Below, one piece after another: positions 36,001 to 46,331 of a DNA stretch of 64,000 nt. Source of the DNA: Amoebophrya sp. A120 (lineage: Eukaryota > Protista > Dinoflagellata). The stretch is taken from the NCBI GenBank assembly GCA_905178155.1, contig CAJINV010000004.1, forward strand, positions 11,696,492-11,760,491, read 5' to 3'. The notes under the pieces were generated by a model. That model did not search any database, was not told where the DNA came from, and was given only the letters and a program-made list of their open reading frames with translations. Position 1 is the first letter of the stretch; every line of letters starts with the position of its first letter. The translations under genes were made by a program, and so were the position numbers.

Positions 36001-38350
36001 TTTTCTCCGTGATGGTTTTGTTCGAGTCGAAAAGCTATCCTGTGCAAAAGTATCGTATTCGTATAAATGCAAGGCTTGCAATCTCTCACTCTCTTAAGGC
36101 AAATCAGCATTACACATTTTATTTGTCATGCTTAACAGACTGCGCAGCTAAAGCCCGGGGGGGTGCGGGGTCCGAGGGGTGCACTAGGCACTGCCCGGAA
36201 CACCCGAACATGCCCCGCGACCGGCACAGGACCAGCAACACAACTAGTAATCGTCGATCACAGTTTGTCGATCACGACGTAGCTGAGAAGCCGTCCATAC
36301 GCCTGGCGCCCCAAGCCCAACCCAACCCCCGAGGAAACGCCTCGACCACAGGAGGACCAAAACAAGTGAGCTTACGGCACAATGAACTGGGAGCGCCTGT
36401 CTATGGACCGGATGAGGAAGGCCCCGGAAGACCCATTTTATTTGTCATGCTGAGAAAATTTGTAATGCATTTATACGAGTACGATACTTTTGCAGTTCAT
36501 AAAAGCACAACCGTCCGAAAAATGTCGGGCTCGTCTGCGACTGTTCTTCTTGGGGGCTCGGAGCAGGACGGAATTGCTTTTCTTGCGCTGGGACGAGCTT
36601 CGATGTGCGGTGTGAACTGGTTTAATATTGCAGGTCGTGTACTAGTAGTACTCGCAGACTTATTGTTCTCATCAGTTGCAGCTGCGCCTGTGCCTGTACG
36701 ACACGCGCTCGTGCTTACAGCAGGCTCGTTGTTTTCTTCCTTCCGGAAGAAGCCTTCTGACGCCTTCTTCGTCTGAATAGGCGCAGCAGCAGCTCCGAGC
36801 ACAGTTGCTACATCCCCTTGATGGTTTTCTCCAGTTCGGCCACGGCAGTGCTTCTCCAGTTCGGCCACGGTGATTTTCTCCGTGATGGTTTTGTTAGAAT
36901 CGATATCAAATGCAAAAATGTCTGGGTCTGGAAGAATGCAACTTGTGATGCTGCGTTTCGATGACTAAAAAATTTGTGTTGCATGAGCAGCAAACAGAGT
37001 CTAATTTTTGCTACGCGGAGGGGGCATTTGTCATGCGGAATGGGCATCAAGAATCCCTCAAAAAACCTGTGATGCTAGGGCATGCATTACAGGCATCATT
37101 GGTCATGAGAAATATGCATGACAAATCTTGCATTCTTCCAGACCCAGACATTTTTACAATCCATAATCGAAAAGCACAACTGTCCGAAAAATGTCGGGCT
37201 CGTCTGCGACTGTTCTTCTTGGGGGCTCGGAGGACGGAACTGCTTTCGCGCTGGGGCGAGTTTCGATGTGTTGCGGTGTAAATTGGTTTGTTGCAGCAGG
37301 TCGTGTACTAGCACTAGCAGATTTATTGTTTTCATCAGTTGCAGCTGCGCCTGTACGACATTCGCTCGTGCCTACAGCAGGTCGTTGTTTCACTGCAGGC
37401 CACTCGTTGTTTGCTTCCTTCCGGATGAAGCCTTCTGGCGCTTTCTTCGTCTGAACAGGGGCAGCAGCAGCTCCGAGCGCAGTTGCTACATCCCCCTGAA
37501 GCACTTTCGTCTTCACAGCGTCGTGCTTCTTTTCATTTTTCCAGGTTTCCGCGCGCGCCTGCAGTAGCCCGAGAACAGTTTTTTCTGGTTTTCTTGGGGC
37601 GACATTGGTGGTCCGTCCATTGGGATTCGTGGCCCTTGCCGCTGCCTGCATGAGCCTCTCCGCGGTTGCCAACGCATTTTTGCTGCTTGTTGGATTGGAT
37701 GAAGTTGCGGCTGCATCAGCATTGGTGGTCGCTGCAAATTCAAATTGATTATGGGCTTCCTCTGGGAGAAGGAGAACTCTACTACTTCGAGCCGGAAGAC
37801 CCGGGGTCTTGGAAGTGCGGTCTTCTTGCAAAATTGCAACTGGCTGTGGATGCGCATGCGCGTCATGATCGAGGGAATAACAATCCAGCGGCGCGATATC
37901 GCTCTTCCGAAGGAGCGAAGGGGGCGGAGAGGACGATGACGAGAGCTCGATAAGACTGATATCGTGTTCGTTTTTCTTCCTATTTTTGTTTTTGCTGCCA
38001 ACATCCTCCTGCGACCACTGAGCTCCTGCTTCAGAAGATTGCGTTCGAAACTGCTGGCGTCCCCTGTTTTCAGGCGGTTCCGGAGCCGCGGGTGGACGAG
38101 CTGGCGGGTCATAATTGGGCTGTGAGGACGAGGAGACAAAGATAACGCTCTCGTCGAGGCTACTGTCGAGGTGCACAACTTCTACAGCGGGCTTTTCTGC
38201 TTTTTCATGTTCGTTCGCGGCGTCCGCGACCGGGTCTCCGTCCTCCTTAATGTTACTCTGTGCAGGTGTACAAGCTCGGTCTGCTTCTGAGTCAGAAAAT
38301 TCCTGAGTCGAGATGCGTCGCCGCTTCAGGTCCGGTGTTGAGGAAGGCAT
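33074..38350 (-). CDS. AlkB-family 2OG-Fe(II) dioxygenase with C-terminal GRF zinc finger (7 exons)
   Basis: CVCNYY...LGAHSD (HxD), AAFTLGASRQF, IRLPHNSLLVM...WRHEVP, RLSFTFR. After removing 6 TIR elements the GRF finger reads PNCHCGKR|AMLKPVFKANQNLGRYFWSC...T|YTSCEFFKWDD. Confidence 0.85.
33657..33931. mobile_element. TIR introner family 1 (275 bp)
   Basis: Direct repeat ACGTA. Confidence 0.9.
34024..34291. mobile_element. TIR introner family 1 (268 bp)
   Basis: Direct repeat TCCCC; nearly identical internally to the copy at 10347-10614. Confidence 0.95.
34398..34659. mobile_element. TIR introner family 1 (262 bp)
   Basis: Direct repeat CGCTT; splits CHCGKR|AMLK. Confidence 0.95.
35701..35961. 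mobile_element. TIR introner family 1 (261 bp), opposite orientation to 34024
   Basis: Direct repeat GGTTC; join KHCPVN|LMENIF. Confidence 0.95.
36036..36501. mobile_element. TIR introner family 2 carrying a nested insertion (466 bp)
   Basis: Family-2 TIRs; direct repeat AAAGC; join RTVVL|FDSNK. Confidence 0.9.
36133..36433. mobile_element. ~301-bp GC-rich insertion flanked by 18-bp direct repeats (retroposon-like)
   Basis: CATTTTATTTGTCATGCT at 36115-36132 and 36434-36451; the corresponding position is single-copy in family-2 copies at 26103 and 31586. Confidence 0.75.
36904..37165. mobile_element. TIR introner family 1 (262 bp)
   Basis: Direct repeat ATCGA; join VVLFD|SNKTI. Confidence 0.95.
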
Positions 38351-38856
38351 TTTTTCTATCAAAACTCGCACGCGAGGTCGAGGACACAGGCAATAAGGCA
38401 GAAGAAGAAGTCCACCGAGAGCGCATACTTAGAAATAGAAAACCTTCACGAAGAACGTACGCAGCTATTGAAGTCACTTTTTCGACATTTTTGTTTCAAT
38501 ACTTAAATAATATGCGCTGTCGTACTCATCAGATTGATACGATCAAGAAACGAAATAGTTGCGACTACAAGCACGAGGCAGGACGGGACGAACAAAAAAC
38601 GATGATATCTTGTCAACGATCGAGCGCAGTTTGTTACTGTCGACCGTCAATCGGACCTCGTGCTAAGGTATCGCACTCGCAAAGTCCCATGTTTCGTTGC
38701 GGTAGTTTCCGTTTCGTCCCCCCGAGCGAACACATGCTCATGCAGTCGTAGTTTTGAAGCACGCAGGACGGGCTTCACTGTGTGAAAGAGATTTTAAGTA
38801 TATTGATTCGTGTTTGTCGCTTACATTCGGTCAAAAAACTACTTCTTCAAACTGTG

Positions 38857-40317
38857 TCAGTCGCTATCCGACAGCCGTGTTCTTTTGTTTGTGGCTCGTC
38901 CCTTCTTTATGATTCCCGCACCCGTAGAAGTAGTACCCTCGGTTGTAGCACCGCCGACTTTGTTTCTCCTGCTGCTGAAGGAGAAGCCGCCGCCCGTCAG
39001 GCTCGCCGCCGTTGCGCCACCGACCATTTTCAGGTCTTCGCGGTTGAAAATACCTTGGTTCTTTGCCTCGTCCTTCATGGCAGCCACCTTGTCCAGTGCG
39101 GATGTCACGCCCTTCAAACCAAGGTCCTGAATCCCCGCAAGCTCGTCGGTGCCGAGTTTAACTGTTGTTTTGTCGTTATCAGTATACTTACATTGGAAGG
39201 ATGTTTCTATATTTGCATGAAGATGAAGTTGAAGACTCGATGGTGCCGTTTTTCATTTTCTGAAGGGCCGCTAGACAAGCTCAACTCATTCAGCTTCGCC
39301 GGGGTAATGCCCAGCACTATCCAAGCTTGCATCTGGTGGACGATTTCTTCAGAAATGGCTTTGCATTCGAAAAAACAAAGAAAAAATCGTAGCGAACCAG
39401 CAAAACAACAGAGTAAACTTTATACTCTTCGCCACTTTTTCCATTTCCCTCGCTTCTTGTATTTCTTTCAACTTTTTTTCCCTAATCTCGTCTTCCTCTA
39501 TCTGCTTTCTGGACTTTTTTTTCGCGAACTTGCTGTCCTTTTCCTCGACGAATTCCCAGCCATCCGGCACCCCGGGGAGCTTCGCCGTGACCACCTCCGG
39601 CTTTTCCCAGGACGTGTCGCCCGTTTGCGTGTTGTAGTAGTAGCCGCCTGCTTCCGTTTTGGTGTCCAAGATCTGCACCCACAACAGCGGCTTCGCGACG
39701 TCCAAATCGCTCTCCATCAGCCCTTTCGGCAAGTCCCACTGGCGGTCCTGCGTCTTGCGGTTGAAGTAGTAGATCCGTTCCTCTTCCGGGTCCACGCACA
39801 CCGCCCACTCGGCGAGCAGCTTCTGCCTCAGCTCCGCGTGCTTTCTCCGGATCGAGTCGTGCAGCAACTGGTTCTCCGCGGCGACGTTTTGCTTCTGCAG
39901 CTGCTGGATCTTGTTCGCCGAAGTAGAGGAGCTGCTGGAGGAACCGCCTTTGCCGCTGCCCTTATTGTTGAAATGATTTTGCGGTCTGCTCCGGTTGCCG
40001 ACCAACGTGGTTTCGAACTCCTTCTCGAGTTCCTCGCGGCCCCACTTGGGCACCATGGGCTTGTCGTCGTCCGCGGGTTCGCAGATGCCCATCGCCCGAT
40101 TGGCGTCGCGCTCCATCTGCGCGAGGATCTTCTTGGCTTCCTTCTCTTCCTTCTCCTTCTCCCGCTGCTCCTCCTGCTTCTCTTTCAGCATCTTCCGCTC
40201 GTTTTCCAGGTGCCATTTTGACTTGTTGTGCGTGTTGATGTTCCGCTGGTGCCCGCTGATCCAGATCTTGCAGATCTTGCAGTAGTGCTTCGCCGTCGAC
40301 ACCCAGTACTCCGTCAT
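38857..40317 (-). CDS. WBP4: WW domain-binding protein 4 / FBP21-like (U1C/matrin-type zinc finger + two WW domains)
   Basis: MTEYWVSTAKHYCKICKIWI...HNKSKWH; WAVCVDPEEERIYYFNRKTQDRQWDLP; WVQILD...YYYNTQTGDTSWEKP. The 3' exon (38857-~39160) is probable but its junction is unresolved. Confidence 0.8.
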
Positions 40318-41112
40318 TTTGTTTTTGGTGGCCTAGCAAAGTCGCTGCGAGGTTGCTGAGCTAAGTGATATGTAACTTTGGGTCGAGAGACTGCTGCAGG
40401 TGGTCTAGATCTGTTTGACTTTATTTTTGTGCCGAACTAAAATAAAGAGCAGCGGTAGTTAATATCAAAGAAGCAAACTTTATTTCTCTATTGACGATTT
40501 GCTTACCGCGGGCGCGGAGCGATAACCATAACGGGGGTGAGCTGATGAACTAAATCGAAATATGTCGCTGGAAATGAGGGCTTAATTCAGTAAAGCAAAT
40601 CAGAAAATAATGGTCAATACACAAAGAAAGCCAACGCTGCAGCGGGGCACACTCAGATCCCTATTCAGCGATTTGCATTTGAACGACAACGATCCACAAT
40701 GCACCGGCTACTTTTTACATTTGCAGCGCTGTGGCATTTTGTGCCAGGCATTTCGATCTTTTCACTCAGTATGGAAACACTTGACTTCATCTCATTCCGA
40801 TCTCCCTTGTTGTGAGGTCGTGTCTGTGTGTATCTACTTATATTCACACTTTTTCTTTACCTTTATGCGTAGGAGAATACGCAAATAAACAGGCACAGCA
40901 CCGAGCTCGAAAAAAGAGAGTATACTCTTCGAGTCGGCGCCCAACACAATGCTGATCTTCACAATCGTCTCCATCGGCATTTCATCATCAATCCCAAAGA
41001 AACGCGGACTCACTACCTAATCGTCTTTCTGGGTGTGCTTTGGCTTTACTCGAAACAATATCAGTGTTAAATTATCTGTGTAGAAAACCGGTAGCGCAAA
41101 ATAGCACCATGA

Positions 41113-44100
41113 TCAGTTTCCTTTCTTTCCCCCGCCTTTCTTTCCCGCCACAGTGCTACCATCTGCATTGCCACCACCGACCTGATTTGCTGTGTCACTC
41201 CCTCCCCCCGCGGCGGCAGTACTGCTAGTTCCAGCCTGGTCAGCACTCCCGTGATTTCCACCCTGTTCTTGCCGCTCTTCCTCATCCCCGGCACCAGCCC
41301 TTTCTCCTCTTTGCACCGCCACCGCCGCGGGCGGCGCTGGGCCCCTCGGCGCCGGAGCGTAGGGCCGCCTCTCGTCCCGCGCGTTTCTGGCATCGAAGTA
41401 GTGGCGGCCGTGCTCCAGCAGCAACAGGTCGTCCTCGTCCAGGTCGTCGGGGTCGTCAGCTTCCGAAGACTCGGACTCCGTGGAGTATTCCCGCAGTGCG
41501 CCGTGCACCCCGAAGGTCCGCACCGGCGGCCCGATCTCCGGCCCGCCGATCACGATGCTGCCGTACCGGTCCCGACGCGCGCATATCCGGTTTTGCTGCA
41601 GCAACTCTTGCTCCAGCTGGTTTCCTCGGCCGCGGTGAAGCTCCATAGTACGACCCCCGCCCGGACCTCCGGCGCGTGCGGGTCCGAAAACCGCGAGGTT
41701 GCCTCCACGGTTGGCGGGGGACGGCGAGTCGTTGTCGAAATAGTCGTCGTCCGCCCGTTCCCGATCCCGGACGTTTCCAAAACCGGGCGCCGGTGCTGAG
41801 GTTCTTCCAGCTGTAGAAGTACCTGTGCCGGGTCTGCTGTTGTTCCGACCGCTCTCATCTTGCGCGTTGTTTTGCGCTGGACGAGGTCCACCTCCAGAAG
41901 AAGACGAGGAGGAGGAAGACGAGGATCCGCTCAAACCACGACTGCCTGTTGCCGTAGTTCCCCCGCCTGGGTTGAGCCACAGCGGCCCGACAAAGTCGTA
42001 ATTCTCGTCATTTTCAATATCGCGAAAAGAAGAACTGGCCCCTACGAGGACGTCTCCTCGGTGGTTGTAGTCCTCTCTACTTCTGTTCTCGCGAGACACC
42101 TCCGCCTTCTGGCGCTTCAGATTCCTCGCGATAATGTCGTATTGCCGGTCCGCGTCGAGACAGCGCGACGGGTCGCGGTGCAGCGGGTAGGCCCAGTCCC
42201 ACCGGCACATGTTCAGAATGTAGAACACCACGTCGATCGGAAGGTCGCGGAACTGCAACTTGTAGGGCTTGCTGGACGCCGCCGGCGTTCTTGCCGTCTC
42301 GGCAGGGGTCCTGGGTGATGTAGGTACAATTGCGGTCGTCGGCACAGCGGCAGTTGATGTCGCTGTGGAACTACTTTCGGCTAAGGTCGTTACTTTCGCG
42401 GGAGAGTCAATGCTCATCTCTTCTGACTTTTCATTTTTGTCGCCTTTAATATTCGAAGGCTCCTTCACGTTCACCACAGCAGGTGATGTCATAATTTGAT
42501 GATCAACATGATTCCCGTTCACCATGTCCACATCTCGTTCCAAATTGAAAGCGTCCGCCGAGGGCGACCGCTTCTGCTTCTTCATCGAGGGACCGGTACC
42601 TTCATTTTCTCCTGTAGGAGCAGAAGGATGACCATCCGCACTGCCAACATTTTCCTCATTTTCATCTGCACACATAATATTATTTGAGGATGTCGCCTTT
42701 CGTCTACTACCACTCCCTGGTGATAGAGAACTGCCTCCACGAGCGGTAGACGTGACTACCACCGCGTTGCCGATGTCTTTGTCTGGGTCAGAACGGTGAA
42801 TACAGAGGAGATTGAGGACCAGTCTTCGAAAAGCCCGCGGGAATTTTTTATGTGTCGCCGCGATCGGGTTCCACAGCAGGTACCGGATCCCATACTGGAT
42901 TTTCCCCACGAATTCCCGATGCGGCCGCCACGCGTTGCCGTAGCCCCAAAAACCGTTCTGACTGAAGGGGGTCACGGACGTGTGCGCCATGCCGGGAAGA
43001 ACGCGGATATGCATGTTCTCCATCGTTACCTGGAAGAGAGAAGGGCAGGGTGGAGACTGTCTTGGAGTTGGACTACAACAACTTTTCGTGCATGTGCATA
43101 ACGTTAACCTCAGCACAAGAAGGAGGTGCATGACTTCTGAATTATGCGATGATCATGAAGTAGAATTCACATGAAAACACCGTACCTGATGCCGTTGGTT
43201 GTTGTACACAATCGAGTCTGGCGTTCCACCGCCCCTCCCGTTCCACACCCACAAGGGCCTGTTCCTGCCCAGTAGCTCCTCCGCCTCCCGCCCCGACGCG
43301 CGCGGGTCTGGGCCGGAGCTGTGTACGTAGAGACCCACCGTCTCGCCGACAGGGAGCCGGTAAGCCTGCTTCTTTGGTTTCGGAACCACTTCCTCGATGT
43401 CGTCAAACAGGTTTGAGGATGTGGTGGGATTCGCACCCGAGGTCGTGCTGGTTGACGCTGCAGCAGCACCCCCTCCAGTCGTGCCTGAGGCTCCGCCTGA
43501 AGCGTTACCGGTATTGTTGTTTCCACCTCCTCGCGTGTTGCCGATTTCCATGTCATCGTCTTCGTCGTCAAACTGCTCGAAAAAATGTGCTCTCGCCGCC
43601 CTCGCGTTCCCCTGCGAGTTGTTGTTCGACTTCCGCTCTTTTTCCGACAAGCAAAAGGATTCCGACATTTCTTTCGTGATCGAGTTCGGATCTTGTAACT
43701 CCAAGTAATGAAACTTCGTCGGACTGGGTCCGTGCGTGCCGACGTGCACCAGAGTCCATAAAGGGTGTTGCACCGCGGGCGGATTGCCGTTTCGGGTTGT
43801 GCGCCGGATGCCCCCGCTGAAAAAGTTGCCGAACTCGTTCCGATTTTGATCTTGCAGCTCCGGGTCATGCTCCGCCTCGCCGCCATCTCGAGGATGTTCC
43901 TGCCCGCTGTGAAGCAGAGGCAACTCGTGTTTTCCCTGGTGGGTGTCTTTGGTCAGGAAGATTTTCATCTTCCCCAAGGTGCCGCGGACCGCGATGGACT
44001 CGATCTCGATGTACTCCACCGGGATGTGGGTGTGGCGGCTGTGGAGATCGAACATGATGCCGCAAAACGTGTGGTCCTCGTTGTCGGGCGTGACACAGTC

Positions 44101-44232
44101 GTAGGTTTCGGTGGTCGTGTAGGTAGCGACCTTTTTGCGCTGGAGGGACTGGGGGAGAAAGGGATCCTCGTCGCTGTTGAATTCCTCATCCGAGGCGGGG
44201 AACGGGTTGAAATCCGAAAGAGAAGACATCAT
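41113..44232 (-). CDS. Conserved-looking hypothetical protein (2 exons)
   Basis: ORFs 43153..44238 and 41113..43131 join via GT-AG intron 43030-43185 (NNQRHQ|VTMENMHI). Ordered blocks DNEDHTFCGIMFD, IESIAVRGTLG, WRPHREFVG, LPIDVVFYILNMCRWDW. Confidence 0.65.
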
Positions 44233-44838
44233 GGTCAATTATAGGTTAATTATGCGTAGTTTATTTGGGTCCTCAACTATCTCCAACAAAGAGATGAAAG
44301 AATGCTAGGTTACAAGGTCGTGGCCATTTATTTTAAGTAGGTCCAAGCTTTTGTACTTGTTCCATTGCGATGGAAAAATACCACTCTAGTCTGATTAGTC
44401 TGTCGTTGCTTGTTCGCGTTTTCGGACTGATTTGTCAGGTGCTGGCGCAGCTGCATTTCTATCTTGTTCTTGAGGAGGCTGTTTTTGAAAAATGGGAATA
44501 CGAACAAGGAGGCTTAGTATAGATCATGTGTAGGATAGAGCTTCGTCGAACATCCAAAAGTTTCAATCATTCAAAAACAAAGCAACCGAAAAACAACACC
44601 GATTGCGCTGTGACTTTTGACATAGTGTGCCTTTTGCTCTCACCTTCTTTTATTCTGTGCTTTAAACCGGAACAGGAGATCGAGATGCTCGGGGCTGTCG
44701 TAGCAATGAGCATGAAGTCGCTCATGTTCATCTGCTATCGGAGCGGAAATCTTTTAGAATTAGAGCAGATGATAAGTTAAAACACCCCGCGCATGTGGAA
44801 AAATGAGAAATATTAAATATTCATGGCTCCAACTGTTT

Positions 44839-45833
44839 TCAGTTCGCCTTGTCTCTTCTAATCTTGTTGATCTGGTCTCGGAAGTCTTCCGCCGCTGCTT
44901 TCTGGTCACTCGCTTTGGAGATGCCGCGAGAAATTGGAATGATCATTCCCGTCCCGTTTCGATTCAGACCAGCTTCCAACGCCTCTTTTAGCGGCCCGCC
45001 CTGCGCACCGATGCCCGGACTCAGGAACCAAAGACTTGGGTAGTTTTTTCGGATCTTCGCGAGCGCGTCAACCTGATGCAGAATCATGGAGCAAAAACTA
45101 CGATTTTTTTCGCACATTTCTCTAGTACATTCAGCTTGCTTCGTCCACAGACATCAATATTTTCCACATTGATCCGTGCTGAATCTAAAAACTCGCAAAT
45201 TCAGTATACGTCCGTCGCCCCCACTACGACGCCGATGTTCCCGAATTCCTTTCCCCACTTTTCGGCACACAACCTGGCCACCTGCATGTACAAGGGAATG
45301 CTGCCGGACTGCGGACCCTCCGGCCCCGCGCCGATCGTGATTTCCACTTCCAGCGTCTGCAAATCGTCGCTTCCCGGATTGCTGGTCTTGCACAGCACAA
45401 ACGCGGACTTCTCCCTCGAATCCGTGAACGGCGCGACCCCGTCCCCGCCCAGATAGGGGGATATCGTCAGTGCTTCGCCGACCAGAAAGTTCCCCTTGGC
45501 GTACGCCGCACTGGTGCTGCCGATGTCCCCGCGCTTGCAGTCGAAAATGATCGGGATTTGCAGCTGGTTAATTTTCTCCGCGACTTTTTCCAACTGCTCC
45601 CAGCCCTTGCTGCCAAACTGCTCGAAAAAGGCCGCGTTGGGCTTGTAGCAGCAGGCGACGTGAGACGTGTTGTCGATCAGGTTCACACAGAACTCGTACG
45701 CTTTTTCGGCGGAGGGATCGTCCCCGAGCTCTCCCACGTGGGGATCGAGGCCGACGCAGAGGAGAGAGTCGACGGCCGCGATTCTCGCTTCCAACTTTTG
45801 GAAAAACGTGGAGGAAGCAGACGCGGAGGCCAT
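44839..45833 (-). CDS. pyrF: Orotidine-5'-phosphate decarboxylase (subfamily 2, Plasmodium/kinetoplastid-like), 2 exons
   Basis: LCVGLDP, YKPNAAFF, FDCKRGDIGST (DxKxxDIxxT), LCKTSNPGS, GVVVGAT, LSPGIGAQGG, ISRGI; GT-AG intron 45073-45209. Confidence 0.95.
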
Positions 45834-46331
45834 GATGTTTGTTTTCTGAGACTGCGATGTCGCTTCTCTTGGTTTTTACACTCGTGTGTCGGTTTTTGCG
45901 TTCTTTACTTACATCATGCCTAACAGGAGTGATTTCCGTGCAAAGTTTGAGTGAGAATCAAGGTGTACTCGAAGAGTTTCTGATTTGAACTGTGCATGAG
46001 CGGATACATACGCCCCTACTAATTGTAAAACACTACTCTACAACCGATCATCTACTCAATCCGAACACACCATGCCAGCAGATGACGAGCTGCAGATAAG
46101 CGACCCAAGAACGAGACCGCGTGTGTTCATGTTTATGTTTTTTCTTTTCGACGTTACAACATGTGTACTCTTGGGATGAAGAGAATCATGTGTCGCTGTG
46201 AAGAAGAACAAGAAATGATCTGGTTTCATGTGATTGGGGTCGCTTCAAGAAAAAAAACTCGTCGCCGTCGTTGTCGCTTTCGAGCTCGCTAGATTGCATG
46301 CTTGACATGCCACTCCACCTTCCTGCTTCGT

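Larger units (their letters stand above)
35968..37498. repeat. Intragenic tandem duplication of a ~125-codon segment (GDVAT...EPDIFRTVVLFDSNKTITEKITVAELEKHC)
   Basis: 36502-36817 aligns with 37171-37497, and 35972-36030 with 36845-36903. Confidence 0.9.

Noticed and set aside
36133-36433. Hammerhead ribozyme or tRNA-derived SINE head in the nested insert
   Set aside because: No intact CUGAUGA...GAAA core or convincing A/B boxes visible by eye.
10043-37165. CRISPR array (recurring ~30-bp repeat with variable intervening DNA)
   Set aside because: Repeats come as inverted pairs 140-470 bp apart, scattered inside eukaryotic genes; no regular spacers and no cas genes.
36031-37170. Tc1/mariner (Stowaway-like) MITEs with TA target duplication
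   Set aside because: Empty sites in the duplicated exon segment contain no TA, and a variable 5-mer outside the TA is what is duplicated.
10076-37281. Many short ORFs sharing CKNVWVWK, FFQTQTFLHL, MSGSGR or LPDPDIFTF as a protein family
   Set aside because: These are translations of the family-1 TIR in different frames, not genes.
33074-38350. Host genes as transposon-killed pseudogenes
   Set aside because: Exons show no stops or frameshifts and keep catalytic and zinc-ligand residues, even beside old diverged elements.
38782-40221. 479-aa plus-strand ORF (also 10686..11936, 35916..36776, 61525..62412)
   Set aside because: Antisense shadows of minus-strand genes with no recognisable domains.
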